Assembly: GCA_964016885.1 (NCBI GenBank)
Contig: OZ024752.1
Location: forward strand, 2,790,001-2,854,000
Reading direction: 5' to 3'
From: Eledone cirrhosa
Lineage: Eukaryota
Length of the DNA: 64,000 nucleotides
Shown here: positions 15,172 to 28,804 of the stretch, one piece after another
How positions within the stretch are numbered: position 1 is the stretch's first letter
Layout of the letters: each line of letters starts with the position of its first letter
The notes under the pieces: generated by a model
What the model was told of the DNA's origin: nothing
What the model saw: only the letters and a program-made list of their open reading frames with translations
Database searches by the model: none
Translations under genes and position numbers: made by a program

Positions 15172-16046
15172 AACGTAATGGTGACAGAGATGATGAGGCT
15201 GACATCTTATCGGAAGAAACGGAGCTGTTTCTCGTAATTGGTTTTTGGACTGATGTTAGCCAATACAGAGCCGACCTATGATTAAAACTGTTTCAGTCCA
15301 AGTTACGGAGATATTTATATATCAAAGAAAACATAGACATTTTTTTTTTGTTTTGGAATTTATTTTCCCCAGCCCAATATATTGTTCGTTGTTTCTAGGT
15401 TATGCCATAACATCTCCTTGGTATATCATCTTCATTAGTGCAATTGGTTGCGTTCTTTTTTTCAGAGCCACCCAAGATTGAACAAATCATGTCATGAATA
15501 CGAATGGGGTCACATTTAATAGAAAATCTTAAAACTTATAATTAGTTAATAGGCAGCTACACTAGTGACTATTGTCTTTTACTGAGACAACTATGACAAA
15601 ATTTGAACGTATAAATATATATAACCAACCAGTAACATGTAAATAAACAAATAAATAAACAAATATAAACACACACACATATACCCGGATGTAACACATG
15701 CGCAAACTAAGCACACAACACACACAAAAACAAGATGGAGATGGCGTAGGACAGAACGAAGGAGAGGCACACAAACAAAGAAAAGAATCCCCAGTCAATG
15801 AAGAGGTCACATAATGTGTGACGAAAGAACTTAGACAGTATATGAAAAATCGTCTGGTTGTGGAACCAACCAACCAACGGGAAATTTATAAATTCTTAAA
15901 TTTATAAATTTAATTTATAATAAATTGAAGTGAAAGCAACTGGTGCGTGTGTTTCTTATTGGCAACATGATCCTCCCAAAGTATAACAATAGCGGTTTCA
16001 ACACACGTTTTCAGATAAAGTATCTTGCTAAACAAATTCAGAAACG

Positions 16047-16113
<67 letters not shown>

Positions 16114-16120
<7 letters not shown>

Positions 16121-16612
16121 ATACTTGGGGAGGATCATATTGTTGTAATAATATTGCCATAAATAATAACGGAACACACTCACTGTTTGGTTGGTTTACT
16201 TTTTAGCTTCTGCATCTTTTATATCTCCATAGTTAATTCATTTCGCCATCAATGTTTATCACTGACTGGCAAACGGTAAAAAATACAGATATAAATATAT
16301 ATATATATATATATCTCATGTTTAAACCTACTGTATTGTATTGTATTGTAATGTCTATGCCATGATAATAGTACCACTGATGATGTTGCAGTTGTGCAAC
16401 GAAAGAACTTTGTTAGACTCTATATATATATATTTATATATGTATGTTTGACCGTTGGTCAGACATAATAAACATTGATGACCGAATGAATTAACTATGG
16501 GGATATAAAAGATGCAGAAACGAAAAAGAAAACCAACCAATCAGTGAGTGTGTTCTGTTATTGTTTCTGGCAATAGTATTACAACGATATGACCCTCCCA
16601 AGTATAACAATA
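16114..16612. repeat. Diverged inverted repeat (arms about 16114-16315 and 16420-16612) with an HHR candidate in the spacer
   Basis: ttgttatacttggggaggatcatattgttgtaata.. pairs with ..tattacaacgatatgaccctcccaagtataacaa. A related partial copy lies at about 15945-16050. Confidence 0.8.
16370..16419 (+). ncRNA. Candidate type I hammerhead with an extra U after A9
   Basis: CUGAUGA-u-guugca guug ugcaac-GAAA-gaac-UU. Perfect 6-bp stem II, weak stem I. A homologue lies at 39220-39265. Confidence 0.55.
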
Positions 16613-17221
16613 ATTGTTTCGAGACACGATTTCATATCAAAAACCCCGCAAAAACAAATATGTATATATATATATATATATCAGGTAGAACTAGTTTAAA
16701 ACTAGTTATCATATTACACAACAGACTACTCGATACTTCGGTAAGTGGATTTGGATATCTGTGTGTGAGCTTGTGAAAACTCTAAAGATTTAGAAAAGAG
16801 GGTGACGTTAATATGATATCTGTATACCCCTAAACAAGAGATGAGTACAGCTGTAATGGTTTTGACTGGAGGTTTGCTGCATCAAGATTGACGGTTTACT
16901 AAACAACAAAAAATAACACTGCAAACATCAAGACGGAAATCATGGAAATTAAGCAAGCCCTGTCACCAACGTTGTCACTGACAACCACGCATCTGTCAAC
17001 TTGGTCGCCACCACAGCCTATTCATAACTCTAAAATAGGTCGACCTTCTCCAACACCAATATACTCATTTATTCACCCCCAGCAATATCAGTACACAAGA
17101 AATCCACATGTATGATCTCCATATAAACCTCCCCCACCAAACACATCATCACTATCACAGCATCCAACATCATTGCATATTATAGCAACTCTACCACTAC
17201 AATCAGCACCGAACCAGTCTT

Positions 17222-17400
17222 CGGTGGATTGGCAGTATCGGTAGAGCGTTGGACACCATGCTTTGACGAGTTTCAGCCATTCTCAGTTCAAATCCCGCCG
17301 AGGTTAACTTTGCCTTTCATCCTAACGGGGTCGATAAAATAAAGTACCAGTAATACACTCATTGATTGCTGGCCTTGTGCCAAAAGTAGAAACAGTTATT
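17222..17400 (+). mobile_element. SINE family A
   Basis: ttggcagtatcggtagagcg..gttcaaatcccgccgaggttaactttgcctttcatcc..gtagaaacagttatt. Confidence 0.9.
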
Positions 17401-18268
17401 ATAGGTACCACATTAGCTATAAACACCGCCACAACAGTCATCACCACGTTAGGTGATATCATCCAAACGTTAGCTGTCTGATATACAACTGAAAACAAGA
17501 TGTAAGCCGTCACAACTAAACACCATCATTACCAGGTAAACAGCTATCACTGCCACACCATCATCAATACGTTTGCCTTCACCACCGATCAAACCTCCGT
17601 CACAGAGTCGTCAACATCAACAGTGCATTATCAGACACCCCTTCATCAAACCTCAGGCCATCAACATCCCTTCTATTTTTCCCACCACTGCCATCCTCCT
17701 CCTGAACACCATCACCTTCCTCAACTCACCACTATAATCCCTACCCCCAGCAGTATCCCCATCCTCACCATCATCCCCACAAGAAACATTATCCCCATAT
17801 CAACCACTATCGTGCTCATCTCCATCTCATCCACCAAATTATTCTCTCCTGCAATATTATTCCCTGATCAGTCGGCATCACCAACAACACTACTGCAACC
17901 ACTACCATTCTCAATGTCTTATAAGAAAGGTCAACTTTGACTTGACCTCGGTGCTGAAGTGCATCAGTGCAGGAGTGCAAGTGCAGATAGTCTTCAATAG
18001 ATATGAGTCATTATTTGGAACAGCGTCTCAGGAATCCCGTGCAATACGTTGCATATGCTAAGATTTGTGTATTTATTCAGATTCATATCAGCAGCCAAAC
18101 CGAAAAAAATAATATAGACACTCACATTTGCACATACGCACGGGGAAACGAATACATACAGAAGTACATACATTCATATATACATGCATACATACACGCA
18201 CATACACACAAACACACACGCACAAATGCACACACACACACACAAACACACACATATATATATATATG

Positions 18269-18319
<51 letters not shown>

Positions 18320-18321
<2 letters not shown>

Positions 18322-18601
18322 TAGTACATCGTTCCTTTGTTAGTGTTGAACAAAAGGGCAACGATGGTTGCTATTGCTAAACATTGTACGGCTTAATTCG
18401 GGATGTTTGTTTACAAACAAACCGAGCATTATAATAAATGTTCGGTAAATCCATACGTACATATATATATATATGTGCATGTATGTATATATATACATAC
18501 TACTGTACGTCTGTATACATATATGTATGTACGTATACATACTTATATTTAAGTAATAGCCATACTAAGAGTGAGAAATGAAATTTTGTTTCATTTTGTC
18601 C

Positions 18602-18602
<1 letters not shown>
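18320..18602 (+). mobile_element. Partial copy of the HHR-bearing non-coding unit also at 36118-36562
   Basis: Directly similar to 36331-36560 followed by 36118-36180, so the order is permuted. Flanked by (TA)n on both sides. Confidence 0.8.
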
Positions 18603-18651
<49 letters not shown>

Positions 18652-20325
18652 CAATTACTTTAAATTTTGATTCAAATTAAGATTAGAATCGTGTATGTGT
18701 GATTGCTTGTATATGTATGCTTATATATTCATGCTGCGCGTGTGCGTGCGTGTGTGTGTTTGCTTGTTTGTGTATGCCTTATCTTCGTTTTTTTAAGGTG
18801 TTTGAATACCTCTAAAAACTGATAATTTAAAGTGTTATTATATATTGAAAGATGTATGAACTATATTCTCAATCTATCATAACCTCCGTCTTGGTTGGAG
18901 AAAGAATACATGAAAAACGAAACGTCTTCCCGTAATCTGTAGCTATTCTCAATAAGAGGTTTAAATACTTTCATTAAGAAATATCTTCATAGCTTAATTG
19001 ATGAGCTCAGGTGAACATGTGATCTTTTATTAGCATGAATTGAGACATTTGTAATCAGCCATCAGTGCGTTTCCCTATAGGAAAGTAATTACCGTGATAT
19101 TTGACTTGTAACAGTTTTCACAAGATATTTAAGAGCTGATATACTGAATGATGAATGTGAAGAACTCTGTATTTATTGCAATAAACCTCTTCGTTGTAAA
19201 AGGGAAAATTTCACAGGTTTTATAAATAGTTTTTATATTGATATTTCAATCTATATATCTTTATATGCTCTGATAATATTACATATTTCGATTATATAAT
19301 CAATTTATTTCCAACACAAGAATGTTTTAAAGAGATATATTTAAACGTAATTCAATTTGTTAAATATTCCGATCGTGCCTTCTATTATGTTCTATTGTTA
19401 ACATTATTAGATGTAGGAAGCTCCAACATACGTCGTCTAAAGCAAATTAATATGATAACGATTTAGAAGCTCAATTTTGAATCTAAAAGTGTTAATACAG
19501 AGAAAACCTCTCTTAATTTCTTTGATGTTTGCCATTGTGAAAACATCAATCTCACTCACATTTCTAGTTACATTCTAGTAATCAGAAAATCTGTTCATAT
19601 AACACATAGGGGTGGGACGAACATAAACATTTCTTGGCTCATTTCTAATCAATCAAATTAGACCCCGTAAACTGTATTTTGTAGACCCGACAATATGATA
19701 GAGAGCATTTTCCTAAAGTTATCCATGCAATATAATTTAAACCCGGTCTACGTGATTGACTGGGTTTTGAACTTCTAACATACGTTATCATTAAAAGCCT
19801 ATAAACCAAAAAATATTCATGCGAAAACACCGAAATACTATAAATGTCATTGATTTCATATGCCAATTTAACACAGCTATTGAAAACGAAAAACTGTTGA
19901 GATCTTTTGAAGATGGCAAATAGGAAATTAATTTACTATATTAGCAGGGGGTATTCAAATAGTTAATGGTGATAATGATATTCAAGTATCATGTGAGAGT
20001 GATATTCTGCAGCTGGATACGCTATGTTCAAAAGATTCTCCGGTGCTATAGAGGTTCTAGTAAGACAATAACTGATACCATCACACACTCCTTTCTTTAT
20101 TATTATTACAGATATATTTTTGTTTATTTGCTATATTTTTATTCGAAAAAGTAATTAACTGGTGTCATGCAATATTCTCTATAATACATTTCCAAGAACA
20201 CAACACAATTTACCACGAATAAAATTATACTTCTGAGTGCCATTAAGTTTCAAAATTCGAGTTAATCAGGAAAAACAAAATTTCCGCACACTTTCATATT
20301 CATCTGAATTCTCACTCACTCATCA

Positions 20326-20420
<95 letters not shown>

Positions 20421-20880
20421 CTCTGTATATATATATATATATATATATACAAACGTACGCAGTGAGTATGAATAGAGAGGGAGATAAATCTAGGAAGATA
20501 GAGGGATGGAAAGAACGAAGGAGAGAAACATCTGATAGAAAAAGGAAAACAAGAAAATGTATTCTATTTTCATGATACGCATAAATAAGAAGGAATATTG
20601 AAATATTACATGAGCGCACGCGAGCACATATGCGCACACCCAGCCACTCTAATATATATAGTAGTAGATTACCCAGCGTTGCCAGTCTTGGGATTTGAAA
20701 TAAATGGACCTGCAAGCTGATATGTGCTACAAGGAGGTGCACAGAATTAAGGACAACATTCATTGTTTAAATGAATAGTTATCCTTCAGTATATTCATGC
20801 GCATTATATTAGTAAGTTGAATACATTTGTCATACATGTATACGTATCGTATTATCTAATACGTATCGTTTTATCTAATG

Positions 20881-20911
<31 letters not shown>

Positions 20912-21036
20912 CACACACCATACATACATAATTGTCATGATTGTTGACGACCATGCGAAGTTTAATGTGCACTGCTCTTTGCACATTGTCTAATTCGTTA
21001 AAAAGGAATAATATAATATAATATATATATATATAT

Positions 21037-21391
21037 ATATACGATATTAATAAATGGAAACTATATTTATAAAACCATATTTATTTCATTATACATATTT
21101 CAGGGATACCACATTAAATTATGGTATGCCTTCATCAGACAAAATACAATATATAACAGTTTTACAAATAGGTTTGACGTACCCTTTAAAATACGACCAT
21201 TACTTTTGGAGGCTGTCTCCAAAAGTAATGGTCGTATTTTAAAGGGTACGTCAAACCTATTTGTAAAACTGTTATATATTGTATTTTGTCTGATGAAGGC
21301 ATACCATAATTTAATGTGGTATCCCTGAAATATGTATAATGAAATAAATATGGTTTTATAAATATAGTTTCCATTTATTAATATCGTATAT
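21037..21391. repeat. Essentially perfect 355-bp palindrome (175-bp arms, about 5-nt spacer) with an HHR in each arm
   Basis: The ORF track shows near-identical peptides on both strands (21054+ and 21374-). Centre is ttttggag-gctgt-ctccaaaa. Confidence 0.97.
21282..21346 (+). ncRNA. Minimal type I hammerhead ribozyme (mirror copy at 21082-21146, minus strand)
   Basis: uauuuugu-CUGAUGA-aggcauaccaua auuuaa ugugguaucccu-GAAA-uaugua-UA/augaaaua. Core intact, 8-bp stem I, 11 of 12 pairs in stem II. Confidence 0.9.
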
Positions 21392-21599
21392 CTACTCCAA
21401 AAATTTATCGAGTGCTTTATATCAGTTATACAAATATTTACTTGTTTTATCCCAACAACTTTAAATAGAACTTTTGCATATATATATATATATATGCACA
21501 TATTATTTGGAATTATTCGTTGTCTACGAATTAGACAGTGTGCAAAGAGCAGTGCTCATTAAACTTAGCATGGCCGTCAACAATAATGACAATGACAGA

Positions 21600-22750
21600 A
21601 TTTCATCAAACCTAAGACCTGCCCCGGTTATTTGCAATGACATTGATTACACTAAGGACACCCAAATTCAACGTGGTCATGACAAACTGCTTGGTGGTTT
21701 AAACCTATCACCAATTTCATTTAAATGTTAGTAGAATATAGAGGGTTAGAAGCTAAAACCAAACATGAATATGAAATCATTCATATAACTTGTAGAAACT
21801 TGATTTTACAAATGCCAACCTGACATCACACTATTTAGGATATATCCGCCATATTACGGAAACATATTTGAAGTTTTGTTTTTATTCCTAATATCACAAA
21901 TTAGGCAATACGTTGGTGTTTTTTATGTGGAAATGCATTAGGAAATAATGCAATGAAGCCATAAAAGTTGAAAGAACATTTAAGCTGTTGTATTCATAAA
22001 CGAAAAACGAAATAAAGATTTAGCAACCCACCAACTTTAATGTGTTTCCTTTAGTCGCCATCTCATATGTAAAGGGAAAATGAAGATATCTTACAATATA
22101 TTATTTAACATAAAAAAGCAATGCCCCAAATTATTTTATAGTATAATATTATAACAGCTGCGAAGAAATTTATAGAAAGCGGTGTAAAGAAGGTATCTTA
22201 ACCTCTCCCTCTAAGTATAAATAGAATAAAATGCATATTTTATGAGATAGCAAAGAAGCTGGAGAGGTGCAATATTAACTTGGCGTATTTAAACTATAAT
22301 TATCAAGTAAGAGTGCTTCACAAACTAACATATTTCGAAAACGGTTTTCTTCTGTTGAGAAAACCAGATACCATAACACTTCATAATATTACGAAATACA
22401 CCCCTTTCGAATACAAAGGCCAAATAGAGGTTTATATGTATTTAGACAGAAAGGGACCGAATGCCGTAAGTAATAAATGATTTACGTACAATATTACAAC
22501 AGAACGAAATACCAATTGAAAACACAGCACAGACACCAGAAAAAGTGACACATAATGACAAAGCAACTATATTCTGGGATATGCTAAGGTACACATACAG
22601 GGAATCAAAGACAAGCTTCCGCATATTATATTCAAGGAATACCATTTAAACCTGCCATCTTATTGATTTAGAAATATCCACACCCGACAATATAATATAT
22701 TACAGCTATGGAGGAATACTCAAACGATTATTATAAGAAAGGATTATTAT
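21600..22750 (+). pseudogene. Highly decayed R4/Dong-like non-LTR element with restriction-like endonuclease region
   Basis: About 22535-22690 translates, across frameshifts, to TPEKVTHNDKATIFWDMLRYTYRE.KDKLPHIIFKE....HLIDLEIS, resembling the RLE motif PEKV.EN....ILWD..I.TD..I..NRPDI......C.LID. The left boundary is uncertain. Confidence 0.55.
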
Positions 22751-22810
22751 TAGAAATATTTATAACAATTAATTTTGTTGATAATAATTTTAAAATATCA
22801 TAATAATAAG

Positions 22811-22941
22811 GGTTTCTGATTTAGGTAGAAGTCCAGCAATTTTGGGGGAAGGGGGGAAGTCGATTAAATCGATCCAGTGCTTTACTAGTGCTTTCTTTTT
22901 TCGACACCGTAAGGATGTGCTGCCAAGCTAACCTCAGCGGA
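22811..22941 (-). mobile_element. SINE family A, 3' part, diverged
   Basis: tttctgatttaggtagaagtccagcaatttt..tcgacaccgtaaggatg..aacctcagcgga. Confidence 0.75.
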
Positions 22942-22957
22942 TAATAATAATAATAAG

Positions 22958-23130
22958 TGTTTCTACTTTTTGTACAAGGCCAGCAATTACCCAGTATTTT
23001 ACTGGTACTTTATTTTATCGACCCCGTAAGGATGAAAGGCAAAGTTAACCTCGGCGGAATTTGAACTCAGATCGTAAAGGGACGTGACAATGCTGGAAAG
23101 CATGTTAGACCCTCTACTGATACTGCCAAC
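22958..23130 (-). mobile_element. SINE family A
   Basis: Reverse complement of the family consensus, ending ..ccctctactgatactgccaa. (TAA)n lies between it and the adjacent copy. Confidence 0.9.
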
Positions 23131-25449
23131 TATTTTATTGGGCACACTGAGCGATAATACCGGGTACAGTACAAAATTCGATTATATAAGACATACAACG
23201 AACCACAGTAAGGTAATTTGCGTTCAAGCAATACATTTAAAAAAAAAACAATAAAGACACATTGATAAATGAGTAATGATATATAGCACTAACAATACAA
23301 AATAGAAAACATATCATGATGTAGGAGGGAGCCCATATAGTGATATTCCGGGTAACCAGTCAAAACAAAGTTAATATACATAAACAAATGTTAATATACA
23401 TTTGCGGCTCTTGCGGTCAACCCCCCGCCACATAGCCAATGTAAGATCTCTCGCTGACCTAAACTTCATTCCCAACTTAGGCACAAATCCATAGAATACT
23501 TGAAAAGGGTTAATCAAATAAATCGATTAGAATGATTAATTGTTTATTTGTTTGTCCTACCCAGAACGACGTAAAGCAAATATGATCTAAGCATGTTTTG
23601 ACATCGTGACATAAACATCCTTAACTACATACGAGGAAACATTTTTACCCCCAAAAAAGTTTTTCTGTCAAACCAATAAACGTCATGCTAAAATATATTT
23701 TTGGTCTCTCACTTCTACTAAACGCCACAATTGCGCTGTTAAACGCGTCTTTGATGTTTTTCATTGTTTTTGTTTTTTCACAATGGGCATATTATCATAT
23801 AACACTGGATGGTCCCTAAAGTATAATATTCAGCCGGGGAAACACACAATGCTCCAGCATGTAAAAGATGTATAAAGTAGTTTACACCAATCATGTCAAT
23901 TCAAAGGATTATCAGTTTGTGAATTGGGTGGAAGTGCCGCTAGAAGAACTAACGTGTTTCATATTCCATTATTCGACTTACATTCCCACTTACTTGTTAT
24001 TAATGTTATTTATATATTTATGTATATATTTCGTTTATTTTTGCTGGATTCTCGTATTAATTACGGAAGACTTTAACCCAATCTATTAGTTGATCAACCC
24101 GCTGGATATCTTTCCTTACTGAAAAGAGGGAGACGGTGGAAGCAGTCGTGGTAAACAAATGGAATAGAGAAATGGCGGATGGATGGACTGGCCTTGTCTA
24201 TTATAATTTATCTGACCAGAAGGTAAACACCAAAACAGTATATTCAATACAAAGTCGTAATGGTGGTGTGATGAGGTGTAGGTGATTCATTACCGTTTTT
24301 ATCTTCTATTTTTACCCTTCCTCGGGCTTTCTTTTATTTTGTATTCATTCATTACTTTTTTATATCCTATTCATATATTTGTGTTGTTTTATTGTTACTT
24401 GGGCATTTATATATGTATTTCATTTGTAGGGTGGGGATTTCACCACCATTACATCCCACTTCCATAGAATGACTATATGAAATCAAATATTAACCAAGCA
24501 TGACATTTTTGTTTCCTTACGTTATGCTTTATATTTTATTCATCTTACTTGTGCATCAATATATTTATTTTGTTTAAATGAATTAGCTACAACAGTGATA
24601 GCCCTTGAGGGAATATATAGAACTCTGTGTTGCAGTCAGGGGCTTCATCTCTTTATTACATCAAGCCAGCCATCAAACCAGCCTGACGTTAGAAGCTCTA
24701 ATTTTTCGTCTCCAACATTTGATAAAAGAAAGCCGTCTGGCTGGTTAATGGGGAGCTGGACGGGTGAAAGGATAGAGGACCACAGGATAGCTGAAATACA
24801 AAAAAAAATATGTGTCTACAATTTATGTTTTGGTGAAAACACAGATGCTGTGTAGAGTTTTTCTTTATTATTTTTATGTGTAGGGTTTTCTAATTGCAGC
24901 ATTGATTCTCTCTCGGTTTCCATTTATTTATTATTATTTTATTTTTTTTATTTTTTGCTTTATTCTAAAAGAAAAAAGAGTGAACAGCTTTATCACACAC
25001 AGATAATGCTAAATTTATTTCTGGAGTGGTGTGTGTATTGACTTTATTTCTTAGATGTTTGAAAGATAAGTTTTAGGAAATGTAAAAAGAACAGAAACTA
25101 TGAGATTATGTGGGGTGAGAGAAAGAAGAACGAAAGACAGTGAATATAGGGAGACAGGAAGGTGTGAGGTTAAACAGAAAGAGAAAAAATATGTTGGGCC
25201 GAAAGAGAGAAGGGTCCTGAGAGAAGGAACATGAAAAGCATGTGACAGATTGACTGGGGCGGAAGAAGCGATAAAGTAATATGTAAATAGATAGGAAGAG
25301 ATTATTTTATTTCAGATGAGAAACAGAGTGGGCAAGTATAAAAGAGTATTAGTGTATAAGAAATTTTTTTTTCTCTAACGGCTGCTTGAATGGAGAAATA
25401 AGAAGAATTTGATTTGTAAAGGAAGGAGGATAAATGGATTGACTGACTA

Positions 25450-26150
25450 ATAGATAACAAGAAGGAATACATTTTCTGAAGAAATGAGATACCTCTCTAT
25501 CTTTCTAGTCTACGTATTTTTGTAACTTTGAAGAAGGATCTTGTCATTCCAGATAATCATTTGAGATTTTATATTGCTTATCACAAGGATTTTGTTTGTT
25601 ACATAGTCTCAGATTTATCCCATGGAGGGAAGGTTGCAGGTACCTTTTTCGTATTTGTTGGGCGGTCACATAAAGTTTGTAATAGTTTATAAAGTATCGC
25701 CATGTTAGGTCTAAAGCTAAAGCTTACATAAACAGAAACCCCTAGGTAGATCTTTTAAGTGATGCTCTACATTTTCTCCCAAAAATTGCAATAGCTTAAG
25801 AGGATGTATTAAGGAACTAATATTTAGAGTGTTTACGTGTAAATTGTATAGACCACTTATTAACACACATCTTATAATATTAAGCTCTGTGCTTAATAAG
25901 GTACCTTATTATTGCTATTTCTGATATATCAGGCTAATATCAACGGGAAAATAGTATCATCTACAAGGCTCTTTCGAATTCCAATCAAGACCACCAATGG
26001 ACTCATTCTAGGGATATCGATATATAGGCGAAATGGAGTAATCTTTTCTGGTCTGTCTGAGTTTTTCTCCTTTATATAACACGTAATATTGATTCTCGGA
26101 GAGTTTATATATTTTAACCATTCATTGAGATGTTTAAGTATTAGAGACTA
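25450..26150 (-). pseudogene. Possible highly decayed LINE reverse transcriptase fragment
   Basis: Minus strand has LVDDTI (YADD-like) near 25960 and YLGVSVYVSFSFRPNM (YLGV..D..L.F..HI-like) near 25740, in the expected order and spacing. Confidence 0.4.
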
Positions 26151-26167
26151 GTTAACATTTAATCATT

Positions 26168-26217
<50 letters not shown>

Positions 26218-26255
26218 AATAAAAGCGAAGTAGTTTCAGATGTTCAAGTCCTTTA

Positions 26256-26435
26256 ATAATTGTTTCTACTTTAGGCACAAGGCCAGCAATTATCCAGTGC
26301 ATTACTGGTACTTTATTTTATCGACCCCGTAAGGATGAAAGGCAAAGTCAACCTCCGCAGGATTTGAACTCAGATCGTAAAGGGACGTAACTATGCTGGA
26401 AAGCATGGCGCCCGACACTCTACCGATACTGCCAA
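26256..26435 (-). mobile_element. SINE family A
   Basis: Reverse complement of the family consensus. Confidence 0.9.
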
Positions 26436-26437
26436 AT

Positions 26438-26511
26438 GCTGTGATATATATTTCAATGACGACACTGGCCACACTGTTCTGTGTGAGAGTGTCGTGCCAT
26501 CATCAGACAGC
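26438..26511 (-). ncRNA. Type I hammerhead ribozyme with long stem II
   Basis: Minus strand: gcugu-CUGAUGA-uggc acgacacu cucacac agaaca gugug gcc agugucgu cauu-GAAA-uauaua-UC/acagc. Core intact, perfect 5-bp stem I, palindromic stem III, mismatched base of stem II. Confidence 0.8.
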
Positions 26512-27598
26512 TTGTTACAAAGTGTGTGTTTTTGGTTTCTTCATCCGTTCCTCTGTGAGTACCAATTCACCCCCACCGGTCTGCGCAGGCGCATGTCCGA
26601 AGGAAGTTGACCATTAGCTACCGCAGATTTCAACGAAATTCGCTTAGTCAGTTCACCCTCTCAGCCCAACAATGACCCATTTAGGCCTGTACCATAGTTT
26701 ATTGCTACCCGTCCCGTCTGAGGCAGTCAGCCGAAAGCCAGAGGGGATGGGAGAGTGTTAGTTTTTACAGGTCACAATACTACCTCTCACCAAGCATGGA
26801 TAGTACGACTGACCATCAACTCCCAAGAGAAAATATACTTAATTCTAGGTATCATGGTTTTACATTGGAAGTTATGAGTGAGAGTTGGAAATAAAAATTA
26901 AAATCCTAAATCAAAAATCAGAAATTATATATTAAACAATTAAAAAAATAACAATTAGAAATTAAAACATGTTTCAAGTGAGAATCCGGATTGAGATGAG
27001 TAAAAAAAACATATAGATTGAAGTGAGTAAATAATATGGAGAGAGATGTTTAAGTAAAAAGTTCTGAGCGGGGTTCCAATGTCACAGTTACACTATCCAC
27101 ACATTGAACGATAGTGCCGTACATTAGAACGGATGGTAAACTACAGTATTCAAGGCAGTAGTCAATCTGGTACACAGTCATAATTTCCATCACATGGAAC
27201 AAAACCAAAGAAAACAGACATAAAGTACACAAAAGAAAAGAACAAATAATGAATAAATGCAAAAACACAGAGTACATATATGCAAAACGATCCATATGAT
27301 TGCAATCTGTCAATGTATAGATTGAATTGAGGGGGCTTCTGTTCAAAAGCGATTTGGTGCAGGAAAATAGGGGTTTATCTTATTTTTCGTTTCCGCGTAT
27401 TTATCCTGCCGAAAGTTTCTATTATGTCCGTCCAGTGTCAGGGGTTTCCATCCCCATGGTAGAGGGAATTTCCAGGGCTTGATCATGGTTGGGTCCTCTC
27501 TTCTCCACCATATCGGTTACATCATAGAGCGCTCAATATATATGTATATATACATATACATACATTGATACATATATATATATATATATATATGTATG

Positions 27599-27680
<82 letters not shown>

Positions 27681-28229
27681 TATGTATAGTACATACATAT
27701 TAATATGTTTATGAACATGTGTGGGTATATTTGTATTTGTGTATCTGCATATAATTACGCGCATACGCATACGTGTGTATACGTATGTATGGAGATATAG
27801 AATCGTAAGTTTCAATCGCTTAATTTCATACGAAGTGGTTTGGTAATATATTGATGCTAATGTCATTAGCATCAATGTAGAGATCTATTATGTATATAAA
27901 TTAGGCATTTTGTGATATTCTCTTGAGCTTTATCGCTGTTTTAGGATGATATAGATCAACGTCTCAATATTGTGTTAGTCGTTTTACTTTATGAGACCAA
28001 ATCTTGTTCGGCTCTCATTTGGCTTTCATATGTAAATATTTCAGTAACTTAAGAACTAGTAAATAACGAGAATGACTATAATTGCTGTAATGTATGGAAT
28101 TGTGCCAATGCTTGAAATCAGCATATAAGACATTCGGAGTATATTTACAAAGTATATTTCATTAGATTAATTCATTACACTAAAATCCCTACATATATAA
28201 ACACTCATCCATATATATATATATATATT

Positions 28230-28383
28230 CGCCATGCTTTCCAGCATAGTTACGTCCCTTTACGATCTGAGTTCAAATCCCGCCGAGGTTGACTTTGCCT
28301 TTCACCCTTATGGGGTCGATAAAGTAAAGTACCAATAATGCACTGGGATAATTATTGGCCGTGTGCCTAAAGTAGAAAATTAT

Positions 28384-28385
<2 letters not shown>
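28230..28385 (+). mobile_element. SINE family A, 5'-clipped
   Basis: cgccatgctttccagcatagttacgtccc..gtagaaaattatt. Confidence 0.9.
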
Positions 28386-28440
<55 letters not shown>

Positions 28441-28537
28441 CATCGAAGAGTTAAACACAATTCAATGAGTATATCAAAGAATGAGTTTTACGGTAGATTG
28501 GAAGCACTCTACGGTAAATACTATTCCGGCGTTATTA

Positions 28538-28767
28538 ATATTAGAATATAAATATTAATAAAATAGATGTTCTTTTGATCAATTACATTTGATTATACAT
28601 ATTTCGGATGTACAATAACTACCTTGATTACATTTTAACCATTTAACAACTCAGGGTATGTCATGTATCATTATATTTTGTCTGATGAGGACGTACTGTT
28701 GTACATCCGAAATATGTATAATAAAATGTAATTGATTGAAAGAACATCTATTTTATTAATATTTATA

Positions 28768-28776
<9 letters not shown>
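28538..28776. repeat. Inverted repeat (78-bp arms, 28538-28615 and 28699-28776) overlapping an HHR
   Basis: atattagaatataaatattaataaaatagatgttc..ttcggatgtacaa pairs with ttgtacatccgaa..atttatattctaatat. The right end runs into (TA)n. Confidence 0.92.
28674..28728 (+). ncRNA. Minimal type I hammerhead ribozyme
   Basis: uauuuugu-CUGAUGA-ggacguac uguu guacaucc-GAAA-uaugua-UA/auaaaaug. Core intact, predicted cleavage after 28720. Confidence 0.9.

Positions 28777-28804
<28 letters not shown>

Larger units (their letters stand above)
20931..21593. repeat. Outer inverted repeat, 68-bp arms (20931-20998 and 21526-21593)
   Basis: attgtcatgattgttgacgaccatgcgaag..taattcgt is the reverse complement of acgaattagacagtgtgc..caataatgacaat, with 5 mismatches counted by eye. 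Confidence 0.9.

Noticed and set aside
15183-15236. HHR-like atgatga..gaaacggagctgtt
   Set aside because: C3 is missing and stems I and II are poor.
21054-21374. Identical 62-aa ORFs on opposite strands (similarly 53658+ and 54349-)
   Set aside because: A by-product of the DNA palindrome, not duplicated genes.
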